Source: Rotaria socialis (Eukaryota). From it: a stretch of 64,000 bases of DNA. The stretch spans positions 1 through 64,000 of the forward strand of contig CAJNYD010000293.1 in NCBI GenBank assembly GCA_905331295.1, read 5' to 3'. This document shows positions 14,330 to 27,500 of this stretch, piece after piece; position 1 is the first letter of the stretch; every line of letters begins with the position of its first letter. The notes beneath the pieces are model-generated. The model saw only the letters and a program-made list of their open reading frames with translations, searched no databases and had not been told where the DNA came from. A program made the translations under genes and the position numbers.

Positions 14330-15968
14330 CTATAAATACATAGAAATAGAAGCTTTTCCTTCGTATTCAATCCATTACTATTGATCAGACCAGCTCAAAA
14401 CAAGTATAGAATACAAATAAAACTGATCGATGATTAATTAGAAATGAAAATTATCAATATTTCAATCAATTAATCGTACTGATCAGATTAACAATAAGAA
14501 AATAGCATTAAAAGAATGATCAAAATTGTTGTACATACAATTTTTCTACGATATAAATTAATTCAATCGAGAAAATAATATGTTTTAGTATGATATTTCG
14601 ATGGATAAAAGATTCAAAGTGTTAACATAGCTTTGCTAACAGAATGAAGATCAAAAAAGTAAATAGATGAGTCATTTCATTCAGATTACTAATGACATCT
14701 AGAAAAAAAAATTCGTTAAAAATTCGACAACTATTATATTATAGAGGTGCGACTTTTCAATATATGAATGAGTGTTAAAGAATATTTCAATTTTCAGAAA
14801 ATATTTTCCTATGAAATTATATATGATATGCGTATGTTAAGAGATGTCGTGAGATATAGACTACCGTAGTAAAATTTATTCTGATTGATGAAGATGTTCT
14901 CTTAGTTTCTATATAAAACTGTTCATTGAATCATTATCATTGATATTCCTAAGATCATTTGTTGAAATTTCACTTTAGGTAACGTAAAAGATGACATCAA
15001 CCTATATTGGAATAGTTCTATCGAACAATCTGCATCGCACATTACTGTATTTAGAGAAAATGACTATTACTTGTTAAGCATGTACAATCACATTTTTGCA
15101 TGTGGCTAATGTTCCTAATAATTAGCACGTACATACAGAACGAATTTTGCTTCCAAGAACCCACTATGATGCAAGTACTTTTTCAGCCTGAGCCATGAGT
15201 ACTGAGTTTTTTTTCGCTTTTTTGAATGATAAGAATTCACATAATATGAGCAATGTGTGTTCTATTACTCGTTGCAGTACACGAAAGAAAAAAAAAGAGA
15301 TAATATTACCATTTTGTTCTGCTATGATGATCAATCATGAAGTATAAAACGACGAAGAAGAAAGTTATGTGTTGCTTTAAAGAGAATGATGTTTTTGAAG
15401 GCTTTGTTTTTTCGTCGTATTGAGCGATCGAATTAACTAGCAGATAATAATGAAGAAGAAAAGATCTCATCACATCCGTAATTTGCCTGTAAACGAGTTA
15501 AAATAGTTAAATTTTGATTTGAACATAATGTTATAGTCTTATTCAAAAGATTCAAAAACACTAATATCGTAAAACTAACTTTCATGACGAATTCCAACAA
15601 AAGTACATGTCAATCAATGATATTCTCAAATATCGATTTCATTTTCTTTTGCATGAATAGGAAATCCTAAAGAGATTCATTTCGTCAACATGAAAGAGAA
15701 AAATTTATATTTATTAAAATAATTTGATCAAAAGAAAAATATCAACGGAAAAACCTAATAAAACACTAGTAGGGAAGTAAATTAAAAATAACAATAAAAT
15801 TAAAAAACAGAGTTTGTTCATAAAAAAAAGATTTGAAATATTGTTTGGAATTATTGTTGAAAAAAAACTGTTTTCTCTTTATTTATATTAACAATTATGT
15901 CGTTCTTATTATATGATTAACTTATTAAATTTTCAGTAAAAATAAGTTAACTATTTTTTATAAGCAAA

Positions 15969-17698
15969 TTATATGCCACTGGATAAACCGGATGGATCTA
16001 GTAGCAATACAGGCATGGCAACAAATGCCAAGGCAACCAGAAAAGAATTAATAACACCAAAACCCATTGCTTGATTGCCAGCAACAACTTGAATTGCTTT
16101 TACGCATCCTACTGAATAAAAATGATTGACAGCGCCATTTGCATTTGATATGCAAACTTTGAAACAAATAAAGATCGTTTCTATTTCATGTAAATTATCG
16201 ATGAAATAAAAAATGATACTTACAGAACATGCTTGTACTATTGTCTAGCAATGCCCCAGCCGTACAACAAGAGTAAGGTAAAGTAACACCAAATGAAAGT
16301 GGCAGACCGTAGATACCACCATAAACAATTGATGCTTGACGTTTTTGTCTAGCAGAACCAGCCAACGAAAGGCTTTCTTGATCATTGATATCATGGACAT
16401 CTCTTTTCAATTGTTTTGTAGCATCAGTAGCAGTAGCAGCAGTATTAGTAGTGATAGTATCAGTAGCAGCAGCCGGGGTGTTAGTAGTAACAGCACCAGA
16501 CATAGTGGTGGTATTAGTAGCAGCAGCCGAGGTGTTAGTAGTAGTTGTCGTCATCATTGTAGTGGTCATTACAGTTGTTTTATTTACCGTCGGTGATGCT
16601 GCATCTAGTTTAGCATTCGCCCAATCAATCCAAGCATTCGCACCACAGCAGCTATAATGATTTTGTAAATTATCGATTGTCGCCATGTCACCTGGGCTAG
16701 CCATGTAGTTCATCATTTTGCCTGTGAAATGTGATCTCACGTAACTGAATGACTTTGCATTTATAATAATTGCAGTTACTAATGAAGCAAGTGCCATGAT
16801 GCCTACTAGACCAGATACAATAAAAGCAATTGTTTCTAAATTAGAAAAAAATATCGTTGATTTTTCATTTTAAATCTAACTGAATTCTAATCCAAAGAAA
16901 AACCTCTGCTTTGAATGCACAAACACTGAATGTTAATATTTTTTTGTTTGATAAATACGTAAAACAATGGTTCGTACGAGGAATATTTATAAAAAGGATT
17001 TCATAGAAATATCATTAAAAATAGGAACAATCTTCATCAGTGATGCCACGGATATCAGTATTAAACAGATTTGTGCCTATTGAGAAAACAGATAGTTTCT
17101 ACCGTAAAATTTATGAAGATTAAACAATTTCTTATTCTTATTATAAACTGATACATGACTAAACTATCTGTATGTTAAGTTAAAAATAAATTTTGTTTTC
17201 TGAGTATTAAAAAGTTTCGTTTACACGTGATACGTTCATTAATATTTCGTAGCTTGTAAAAATATAATCTTAATAAAAACAATTGATTTTTTGTTGTCAC
17301 ATCTGCACAATGACTAAGATTCTAATACAAAAACGGTATGTCAATGATTTATATATCTATATGACTCAGACTGACTCATTTGAAAAATACATATATTAGC
17401 AATATAGAGCAAAGAAAATAGATTTTTAATTTATCTGTATAAATCTTTTGATTTCTAAAGTAATCTTACTTAATAATTTTGAACCGAGTGTAATTGCGAG
17501 TAGACCTATGACACCAGTCAACAAACCAAAAAAACTGATAGCAATATTGTAACCAGATAGTCCAATTTGTGGACGAAAAATGTCACCATATTTACGGAAA
17601 TCAACAATAATACCAATACTAACACCAAGATGAATGAGAGAAAACAGAAAAATGGAAAGCATAAGAGAAAGTGGAAAAATACGACCACGAAACTCCAT
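15969..17698 (-). CDS. Tetraspanin-family protein with a Thr-rich insert in EC2 (3 exons: ~17698-17470, ~16836-16223, ~16157-15969)
   Basis: Four hydrophobic segments. EC2 has IDNLQNHYSCCG, PYSCC, a further C and FYSVGC, the six-Cys tetraspanin pattern. Stop TAA at 15969-15971. Confidence 0.85.
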
Positions 17699-19172
17699 GT
17701 TGTGTATTGAACACGAACGAAATCAGCTAAAAAAGAGATTTCATGTAAGTAAATCTAATGGTGTTAGTCTTTTCTCAATTAAACTTGTTGTTTCAAGTAT
17801 GCAGTCTGATACATTAAAATGAGGTAAGTGTACAATGTGAAGATAAAAAAGGAAAAATCATATTATGCAACGCATGAATGGAGAAATGTAAAGAACGACA
17901 AATGTTTATGACTGTTACGAAGTGAAGGCTTTTTTTTGTTTTTGATGTCTCATGATTTATAGGTAGACAAACAAGCGCGTAGGCTGACCTTCATTATTTT
18001 AAATGTTACTCTAATCATTCGAATTGATTTTTGCTATAAGGTTCACGATAATAAATGGCAGATATTTAAATTTAGTTACATAAAATGAACTTTTTCTTTT
18101 TACGAACTATTAATAACTACTCGTTTCTGTTATGCATTCAGATTGCTTTCATAAACATGTGTAATGATCTTGTTAACTATTTGCTATATTTAGTATTCTG
18201 AGAGGACTCATTATCTAATCAATCATATGTGAATCGAAAATGAAATTCATAGGAAATGCCAATAATATTTCATTGGAATAATTACAGAGAAATTGTTTTA
18301 TTGTTACACGAAAGAATATGAATAAAAATGATAACTTTCAAAACGTTCTGATGCATCTCTTATACAGATGCGTCGTTTACAACTAGTCCTTAGATTATAG
18401 CCAACGGAAAAGAATAGTTGAAAAATGATTTTTTAATTTAATAATTAACCACTTCTTTACCATGAAACTATAAAATCAAGTAATCGACAAAATAAGAACG
18501 TGCAAGTGTTTATATTTCAAATAGTTATGTCTTTCCGTTTCGATCATATGTTGTTGCTTATGTCAGATCATTATTCTTATTTTCATGATCAATTTAGCAC
18601 TGCTTGCTCTTCTTTTATCTCGAGTGAGTTGATTGATATGGAGCAAGGCGAGTTGCAACCAAATTTCACCCTTTAAAATCACACTGGGAGTTACTATTTT
18701 GCCGTCAAACTCATTTGCTATATAATATAATCTTCGTATTCAAACCTGAAAAGAATAAAATTTTGAATGAATTGAAAAATAACATCGAATAAAAATAACA
18801 GATTTGACGACAAGAGCAATAGGGATAGGTATAGTTCAAATAAAAACTTAGTCATACTCTCGTTCTTTAGTTGATTCGTTACGTTCGTATCGACCGTTCC
18901 TTGAGAGATGCGTTTGCATTGATAATATTACAATAGATACTATTGGTTAGTAATGCTGTGTTATTTTCGTTTTTTTTTTATTATAGATTCTTGTCTATTC
19001 AATGCGTCTTTGACGCTCGATTTCTTCATACTTCAGACAACACGACTCTGATTTTCCTTAGAATAATAGTATCATCTATTTTTCCGCTAAAATGTTTTTT
19101 TAATAATTTGTAAATCGTGGTGAAATTATACTAAGTTATTTTTAACATATTCGTTTTAAATTTAACAATGCG

Positions 19173-20098
19173 ACGGGTGGGCCATAAAGAATGACGGTCG
19201 CCGCATTTCTTAAATATCTTTTCTAATTTTGATTAACTTGACCTAATTTTTTTTGCAAAAGATTCACCATTCAATTCTCTATGAAACCATCTGTAAAATA
19301 TTTTCTTTTAAACCACAAAACGGCTAACTACTAGCCCGAAGAAAAAATCTTCAACTTTCAAGCTCAAAATATTTTAATCTTTGGAGTATGTTTCAACAAT
19401 TTATACGTTGGCTTAAATTACTTGAGAAATATTTTCTGGTATTTGCTAATACGTTCTTTCCGATATCTTTGAGAAATATATTCTTTGGAAACGGTCTTTG
19501 ACTATTAAATTGACATTTTTTCGAAAACTTCCAAAACGCCTTAACTTCAGTTTTCAAGAAAACAAACCGCACAAATATTTTTTGTATAACTCGAAGGAGT
19601 GTACAGAGATGTAGTATAGTGTGTTAACTTTCAACGAAAAAACAAAATGGTCAAAAAAACACGGTTTTTTTACTGAATGGCATGCGTTTTCGTGCAAGCA
19701 GAAATAACTTGAAACGAAAGTGGAGTTTTCTCAGAACAGCGAAAAAATTGATCCAGAATTTTTTACTCATCTTTTGATAAAAAAAATGTTCGAAGGCATG
19801 AATCTTGTTCAGAAATTGATGCGCTTTAACGTGGCCCACTTGGTTTTTGTAGCGTCCCTCGCATGGAAAGTAAAGTTTAGAAAACAACGCGTTTCTGGGC
19901 TTGAAAGTTGAAGATTTTCGGGCCTTTTTTCTTCGGTCTTTTGCTTAGTCTTTTTGCCGTTGAACGAAACGTTTTTGCACGTGGTTTTGTAGAGAATTGA
20001 ATGGTGAATCTTTTGCAAAAAGATTTAGTTCAAGTCAATGAAAATTAGAAAAGATATTCAAGAAATACGGAGACCACCTTTCTTTATGGCCCATCCGT
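19173..20098. mobile_element. MITE with long imperfect TIRs (probably Tc1/mariner-derived)
   Basis: Ends ACGGGTGGGCCATAAAGAA / TTCTTTATGGCCCATCCGT. Inverted similarity extends >100 bp (e.g. TTTGCAAAAGATTCACCATTCAATTCTCTA vs TAGAGAATTGAATGGTGAATCTTTTGCAAA). No transposase ORF; superfamily is inferred. Confidence 0.8.
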
Positions 20099-20410
20099 TA
20101 CGTATACAGGATAATATCAGAGTCTTTGTCTCTATTTTCTATATATTAAATATACCGTTTTATGCAAGCTCCGAATGAGAGGAATTTAAAATTAATCTTT
20201 CAATAATTGTGAAAACAACAATCCATATCTAAACATACTGTATAGAAAATGATTAGTATTTTTTATAGAATCTAAAACAATAGCAGAATCTATCGATGAT
20301 TTGCTTAATCCAACAGGTTATGATTAACAAATCAAATGCAAGGATTACTCGAGTGCAGTATTAGCGAATGATACGCCTTCACCTTGAAGAATAAAAACAT
20401 ATATATATAT

Positions 20411-21300
20411 GTCGGAGTTGACTTTAAAATCCAGTTGCCTTTAAAATTGAAGAGTCAACTAGTTGTTTTTAAAATTTGATAGTCAACTAGGATAGAGCTA
20501 GTTGACTCTTCAATTTTAAAGACAACTAGTTGACATTAAAATCAACTAAGATGGAGTCAGTTGACTTTAAAATGTATAATCATAAAGTTGTTATGCACTA
20601 ATCGATAATGAATTTGTTTAACTGATGGAAACTTTTCGATCTGAAGTTAACAAAGAATTATTTATTTACTATCAAACCATCATTTCATTTAATAATGAAG
20701 GCGGCTTTCTACTCAAAGCTAGATGCTTAGTTGAATGAGTTAGATACTAAATGACCAGCGAAGTACTTGATAACAACTGAAACATATGAAAAAGGGTGGA
20801 GTGTGGGTGTGGGCGTGGGCTACCCAGGTCGAACAGTCCGACCTGGAAACGGCCGGTTCCGAGTAGTTCCGTTGATTTTGTGGAAGCAGTATTCCGGTTG
20901 GAAATTTTTTCGGTGATTTCCGATCAATTCCTACCGGAAAGCACCGGAACTTGGCAGGAGTTCGCCGGAAAAGTCCGGCCGTATTTTTGGCCGGAATACT
21001 GCTTCCATGTTCCAACGATTTCCCATGTTTTCCTGCAGGATATGGCGACTTCCCCGCATATTCCCTGGAGTATCCTACGAGATCCGGGGACCGGAATGTT
21101 CGACCTGGGATAGACTCGAAACCATACCCACACCCATACCTACTCCCACACCCTCAATCTCATCTATTGATTAAAATACTCTTTATCATATCAATAACAA
21201 CTTTATGATTATACATTTTAAAGTCAACTAGTTGACTCTTCAATTTTAAAGTCGACTAGTTGCCTTTAAAAGGCAACTGGATTTTAGAGTCAACTCCGAC
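20411..21300. mobile_element. Foldback-type MITE inserted in an (AT)n tract (outer element)
   Basis: TIRs GTCGGAGTTGACTTTAAAATCCAGTTGCCTTT / AAAGGCAACTGGATTTTAGAGTCAACTCCGAC; modular AGTCAACT/AGTTGACT subrepeats; ATATATATAT on both flanks. Confidence 0.85.
20823..21109. mobile_element. GC-rich MITE nested inside the outer element
   Basis: 13-bp TIRs CCCAGGTCGAACA / TGTTCGACCTGGG; abrupt GC rise with many (T)TCCGG/CCGGAA motifs. Confidence 0.8.
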
Positions 21301-22301
21301 ATATATATATGTGACTACTGACAGAAAGAGAAAGATAAATGACCTTAATGCCCCTCAATTCTTGCAAATAGCAAAAAAAGATCAATGATAAATTCATAAT
21401 ACTATTAGTAATATTACAATCTTTTCGCCACAGAAAATATCACTCTACTGTCAAATTTTACGAGCAATATAAATTTTACAACTAGCAAAATTAGAAATAC
21501 ACACATAATAGCAGTTAAACATAAGGCTTATTGAATATTATGATATTTAAAAAAATGCTACTTATGTGAATTGTATCACTTTAAATAATCGTTTCAAGAT
21601 GAAATTTTTGTTTTGTTCATCATGTTTCTCGAAGTGCGAAACGTGTATGAATTTCACACTCGAACCTTACTTCGTTGTTTCGAAATAAGCAACTAAATAT
21701 TAATCACTTTTTAATTCATTCGAAAAAAAACGTTTCCCTACATATTTATGAAGGCACATAAGAGCGAGACCGAGAACTGTTCATTGGTTACATTGAAATT
21801 TTATACGAGTCAATTGGGTCCTATTTTTGCTGGTTCATTTATCGAAGTCAAATAATTGAATTCTTTTGCAAAAAAAGGAATGCCTTAAAGGTTATAGATG
21901 TTATCTAAAAAATAGCATTGCTGAATTCTTTGATAAAATCATAATATTCACAATACTAAACAGTTGTTATGGGAAATGTGTAAAATAAAATGTCCGCATC
22001 ACCTTGAAAACTAAGATGAACTTTACATTATCATCCTATTTAAACAATACATCAATTACTTTAGTGTTAAACGAAAAGCTATGCCTGAATCCGGTAGTTA
22101 TAGATTTTGCTGCATAACATTAGAAACTCAGAATAATAACATCAAGACAATAATGCCTATATAAAACTATATAACAGAAGTTGAAAGAGTTTTCTGATTG
22201 TTGTCATATTCAAATATTAGTCACCTTCAGAAAACATTCTTAATAGGATTTCTGTAAACCCCAAGGGACTTCTAAACTGATCATCGTTCAAAATTTTTTA
22301 A

Positions 22302-22805
22302 CGGGGCTTCTATTATGCGAGGGCTACTAATGCGACTTTCGTACAGAAGTTTAAAAAAAAATCAAAAAATCAAAAAATTAAAAAAATCAATGACTCGATC
22401 TAACATCAGTGAGAAAAGTTTTAATCTCTGTTGTCCAAAATATCAATTTAGGTTGAAAACAACTTGAAACAGATTGTTTTGATTTCTATAATTTGTTCAA
22501 ATTTTCATACTTTTAATTTTTTTAGTTTTTAAAACTTTTAATTTATTAATGATTTTTTTTGATTTTTTCTAATTTTTAATCAATTGATTTCAAATCGAGA
22601 AAATAAGGAAAATCACAGAAATAAGAAAAGTCTGATTTCAGCTGTTTGCCCCAAGTAAGAGAGTCATTATTTGAATGATCGTGACTATTTATTTGCGATA
22701 GGTTCAAATAATTTCACGAAAATCTGTGAAATTTTAGACAGAGGCAGAAAAAATTTACTACTGTAGTAACAGAAGCCCAGGGGGCTTCTATTACGGGGAG
22801 GGGAT
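22302..22805. repeat. Degenerate repeat or transposon remnant
   Basis: GGGGCTTCTATTA at ~22302 and ~22781, a near-inverted copy (AGAAGCCC), and internal inverted A-rich/T-rich tracts (AAAAAATC vs GATTTTTT). Ends and TSD not resolved. Confidence 0.3.
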
Positions 22806-23048
22806 TATATAATATGATGCAAGCTGTATCTCGGTTCTAAACAAAGACAAAAAAAATGAATACAGAACTTTTATCGTGCCCGCTATGTACATACATTGTA
22901 ATTTATTCAACAGAAAAATATACAGCAGAAAAGTAAAATTGTTTTATTTTAGTTCGTAGCATTATTAAAAAAGCACATACTGGCGTGTGACACCCTCATA
23001 TTGAGCAGTTGAATTATCATTACTCGTGCAATATCCGACAGCTTAATT

Positions 23049-23994
23049 TTATCGATCTCGTTGCATTTTATATGATAAGCGTTGTTTATTACTGTCATGT
23101 TTTGGATTAAATACCTGAAGAAATATACTAATTTCGATCGGAAAACATACAAAACAAACAATAGTCAAACAAGTATTAAGAAAAACAATGCTCGTAATTG
23201 GCGAAACAACACTATTTGCAATAGGTGGCAAGTATCCACAAACATAAAATCTAACTGAGCCAATATTAGGCATGACTGAAGACCATTGTAGTCGTTGCCG
23301 ACGTCGATGTTTTGAATCTATGAAAATACAATTAGAAATTTCAATCATTGTCTTCTATTTCTGAATCATTTTATTCTTATCTCTCATCATAGCATTGTTC
23401 GTGTCATTGCTTAAATTCGAGTCTGAATTCATTCTCGTGTTTGTAGGGACTGACAGTTCACCTTTTATTGTATTGAGTTGAATACGATACCAATCTAAGC
23501 CATAAATTTACACCACAACACCGATATTTCGTTCGAATGACATAAATTATTTTCATAGAGTCCGTATTTTGTATATATGTACTCATACGATATGATCAGC
23601 GTGATCTTACGCCACTAATTGTTTGAGAATTAACGACGAATCCAGCAATAAGTGATGCTATTGCGAAAATACCCAATATAACTGCGACAATAACTACAAT
23701 TTTAGCTTGAAAAAGAAAATTTCTCTCGTATACATCTAATTTTTTAGACAAGAATTATTTACTCAAAGCAGAACGTTGTTGCGAGATAGTAATCAGACCT
23801 AATATTCCAGCTATAATACCAAAAATATCAATAACAATATTAGACACAGATAAACTCACTGGTTGACAGAAAATATCACCACAAAGACAGTATTGACCAA
23901 CAATACCACTTTCAACACCTAGATGAATAATGCCCAATTCGAGAATAAGGACGGTAAAGACATAAGCCGCCTGAGTTCTTCCTGAATCAACCAT
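23049..23994 (-). pseudogene. Tetraspanin pseudogene, paralogue of the 15969-17698 gene
   Basis: Exon 1 aligns with the intact copy (IIHLGVESGIV...GDIFCQPVSLS vs LIHLGVSIGII...GDIFRPQIGLS). Exon 2 has an in-frame TGA at 23596-23598 (GVRSR*SYRM), a +1 frameshift after CCGVNLWL (restoring gives WLDW) and a further TAG near 23356. Confidence 0.85.
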
Positions 23995-24519
23995 TTGAAC
24001 TTTTGTAATAATGACAGTATCATACGTTTCTTCACATGTATGATATGTATTGTATTGTACATAGATGATTTACGTCACTTAATCATTGGTCGTACTTTCC
24101 TATTCTATAGCCTTAAAATAACTACAAATTATTATTTCTACTTAAATTTATTGTCATCAATAGTCTACAATTAATGTTAACACATTTACTGTAGTATCAA
24201 CGCATATCTGAATTCATCGTGAGTCTCTCACAGATTTGCTAATGAATTATTTTACAAAATAAAGTGTAACAAATATTTTTTGATTCTATTAGTTAAAACA
24301 CATAGATCAACTAAAAATGTGTTAATCGTACGTCAATTGATAACCATCAAATGCACTCGTTTACTTTTTTCATTTTTCTTTTAATCAGATTGAGTCAATA
24401 TCAATACAATAGAATTTATTATCAAAAGGGTTTCTTTTTTTTCATATGGCAAGACAAACAAAAAGATATATGTATATATATATATATGCACGAAGAACAA
24501 AGACAACAAATCAACTGCA

Positions 24520-27500
24520 TTAAACAACACATTCGCGAGACGAAATAAAACTTGTCATATTGAATTGTGTTTCAGGCGATTGATCAATACCTATTTCGAT
24601 ATGATGATTCGGAATTGTTGACGTTGAAGATGATGCTGATAATTCTAAACTACTAAAACCATAATCTGTACTTGATGATTGTGGAATCGTAGGAAGTTCA
24701 TTTAAATGTATACATGGTGGATTTTGATTTTTACGTAATAATTCAGCTAGTTTAAGATCATAATAATATGTAGACGCTGATGAATACATTTGAATTGTAG
24801 GTTCTTTTTGATTATACCATGCATCATTTTTTGTCACTATTCCACTTGATGACGAATTCGATGATGATGAATGTCCATTGATAATACATGCTGAATCATC
24901 TAGACAGAGAAAAAGAAAATTTATAAATAGAACAATGTTTCATACGATTGGACATACGATCGTCTTCTCGAATGGTTGAATTTGATGAACTTTTACGTCT
25001 ATCATTGGAAATTTCAGTCTATTAACAAAACAAAAACAAAAAAGAATTAAATTTTCAATCAAAAAAATAAAAGATTTTGTTTTCTACCTTTTCACTATGA
25101 TAATCATCGCTACATTGTAAAAATGTATGTTGATGTGTTGATGATAAAATTTCATTTTTATGTTTATTTTTTCCACAACATAAACATATTATTAATGAAA
25201 ATATAATAATACATATTGATGTTATAACTAATGCTAAACAAACTGCATAAATCAATATCGTTCGATTATCAGAGAAATAATACGATTGACATGAATATAA
25301 TATCGAACTATTGCATATATCAATTTGAAGTTTAATCGAAGAATTTTCTTTTGTATATTGATCAATTACATTTAAAGATAATATATACGATGAAGCAAAT
25401 GGATTCGATATAAGACTAACTTCACCTGTTGAAGTTACATTCCAACATGAAAGTAAATTTGTATTATTTAAATAAACAATTGGTTGATATGTATGATTAT
25501 TAAAAGTTGTCATATCCAAAATAAATGCAGCATTTCCTTGTGTATTTATATCAAGTTTTGTTCGTTGAGTAGATAAAGTTAAAAGTTTAGGCAAGATTTT
25601 ATTATTATTTGATGATTTTGATTGAATATTTACTATTAATAATTGTGTTGTTGAACGTGAATTTATTGGATCATAATCACTTGCGGTTATTTCAAATGTA
25701 TAAGATAATAATGAGCATGTTAAAATTGATGATTCATATGGAATATAAACATAGCCAAGTGATGTTATATCAAGAGTTAAACATGGATGAAAAGAACGTA
25801 TAGAATAATTTATAAGACCTTGTAAACCGGAATCGTTATCATAGGCATGTACGCGACCCAGAACAGAACCTGATTGAAGACTTGATTGTGAATAAGTCCA
25901 ATCATATGATTGATTTTTTGCAAATTCAGGCGAATGATCGTTCAAATCGTGTATACGAAGAATAATTTTCGTTTGACTTGATAACGATGGTTTTCCATGA
26001 TCTTGAACTTTAATATAAAATTCAAAATTTATTGTTGTTAAATGCTTTTCTTGTTGTCTATTTAATAGATCAAAATCAATCGATTGCTTTAAACTTATTT
26101 CACCAGTTTTCGAATTAAGTGCCAATAGATCTGTTTCATTTAGTAAATGATATTCAATTTCAGCATTTTCACCTAAATCACAATCATGAGCAATTAATTT
26201 ATCAATAATATAGCCGACTGGATTGTTTTCATTGATATCATATACTGTTGAATTTTGTTGGATTGTTGGTATACAATCGTTTACATCTATTATATCTAAT
26301 ATTAAATGTAATTTTGTATGTAATGTTGGTGTACCCGAATCATGCGAAATCAATTGAATATTATTATAAATTGATTTGGATTCACGATTAAGATTTTGAT
26401 TGAGAATAAGCGAATATAATTTTGTATTATGAAAATTATTTTGATAGATTAATTTATAGATTAATGGTAGTGGTGGTTCAGTTGTACGCAATTGAAGATA
26501 CGGATTTCCATTAGCTAAATGAAAAAAAAGCAAACAATTTTATTTAATGAATTCTACGTAGTCTTCATTGCCTATGAACTAGTGTCAGGACAGATACTAT
26601 AGACTCCTTTGAAAATGAATCTTTAAGCAGATATCATGATATTCTCCGAAGATATTTAAAAACCAAAAGTTCATGCCTATTATAACTTTGAATTTGAACT
26701 TCTAGTAGGGAGATTGTTAATTTTACGAACAATAACTAAAACTTATCTTTTCGAGCCACTGGAAAGATTTAACAATATCACAAAGAAACTAATTTATTTC
26801 GAAAGATAAACGATTAATAATTTCAACTTTATCATTTTTATGTGATGTTGAAATCAGTGCCGACATTGATCGTAATGCCCTTAGGTCTTAAAACTGTAAA
26901 ATATAACTAGAATATTAAATCAACAATCTAAATGAAATAATATTCACGTCTGATTTAATATAAAAACTTCATTGTCTAGCATTATGCGTGAGCATGTTGA
27001 CGCAATCGTTAGCTGATGTTATTTTTATTCTGTCGTTCGTATTCAATATCGGCACTTCGACGGCTTGCGTATTTCTTCGAGCGCGTACCCATTAAAGTTA
27101 GACATTTTCTTATAAAAATATAATTCGAAAGATACTAAATTTTTCGAATCTTATTTTGTGTTTCGAGGTAAATTTTTGAACATATATAAGATATAAAAAA
27201 TTTACCAGATGAATCAAGATCGTTGAGAATAACATGAGCAATTGTTGTACCCAACGGTGTATCTTCTTGAAGAAAAAGTACGCTTTTATCATTTTGTTTT
27301 TGTTTCATTATTATATCTCCTAAATGAAATAGATAGTTTTGTCTTTGCACTGAGATTTTTATTTTTAATCTTTATTTTACCTTCCACTTTAATCTGCATT
27401 GAAACTGGATTATCATTAATATCAATAATACGAATAAGTATACTAGCATAAGTTGGTATCAAATTTTCATAAGCTTTAACAATTAATCGATAGGAATTTT

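Noticed and set aside
16336..16657. Plus-strand Ser-rich and Val-rich ORFs (86 and 90 aa)
   Set aside because: Antisense shadows of the Thr-rich repeat in the tetraspanin exon.
18690..18822. Weak inverted repeat (TATTTTGCCGTCAAA / TTTGACGACAAGAGCAATA)
   Set aside because: Too short and degenerate, with no TSD; cannot be supported as a MITE.
20411..20580. Regularly spaced AGTCAACTAGTTG repeats that look CRISPR-like
   Set aside because: No unique spacers and no cas genes; they are subterminal repeats of a foldback MITE in a eukaryotic genome.
20740..21208. Four overlapping ORFs in a GC-rich island
   Set aside because: They lie within the nested MITE; open frames reflect GC content and show no transposase motifs.
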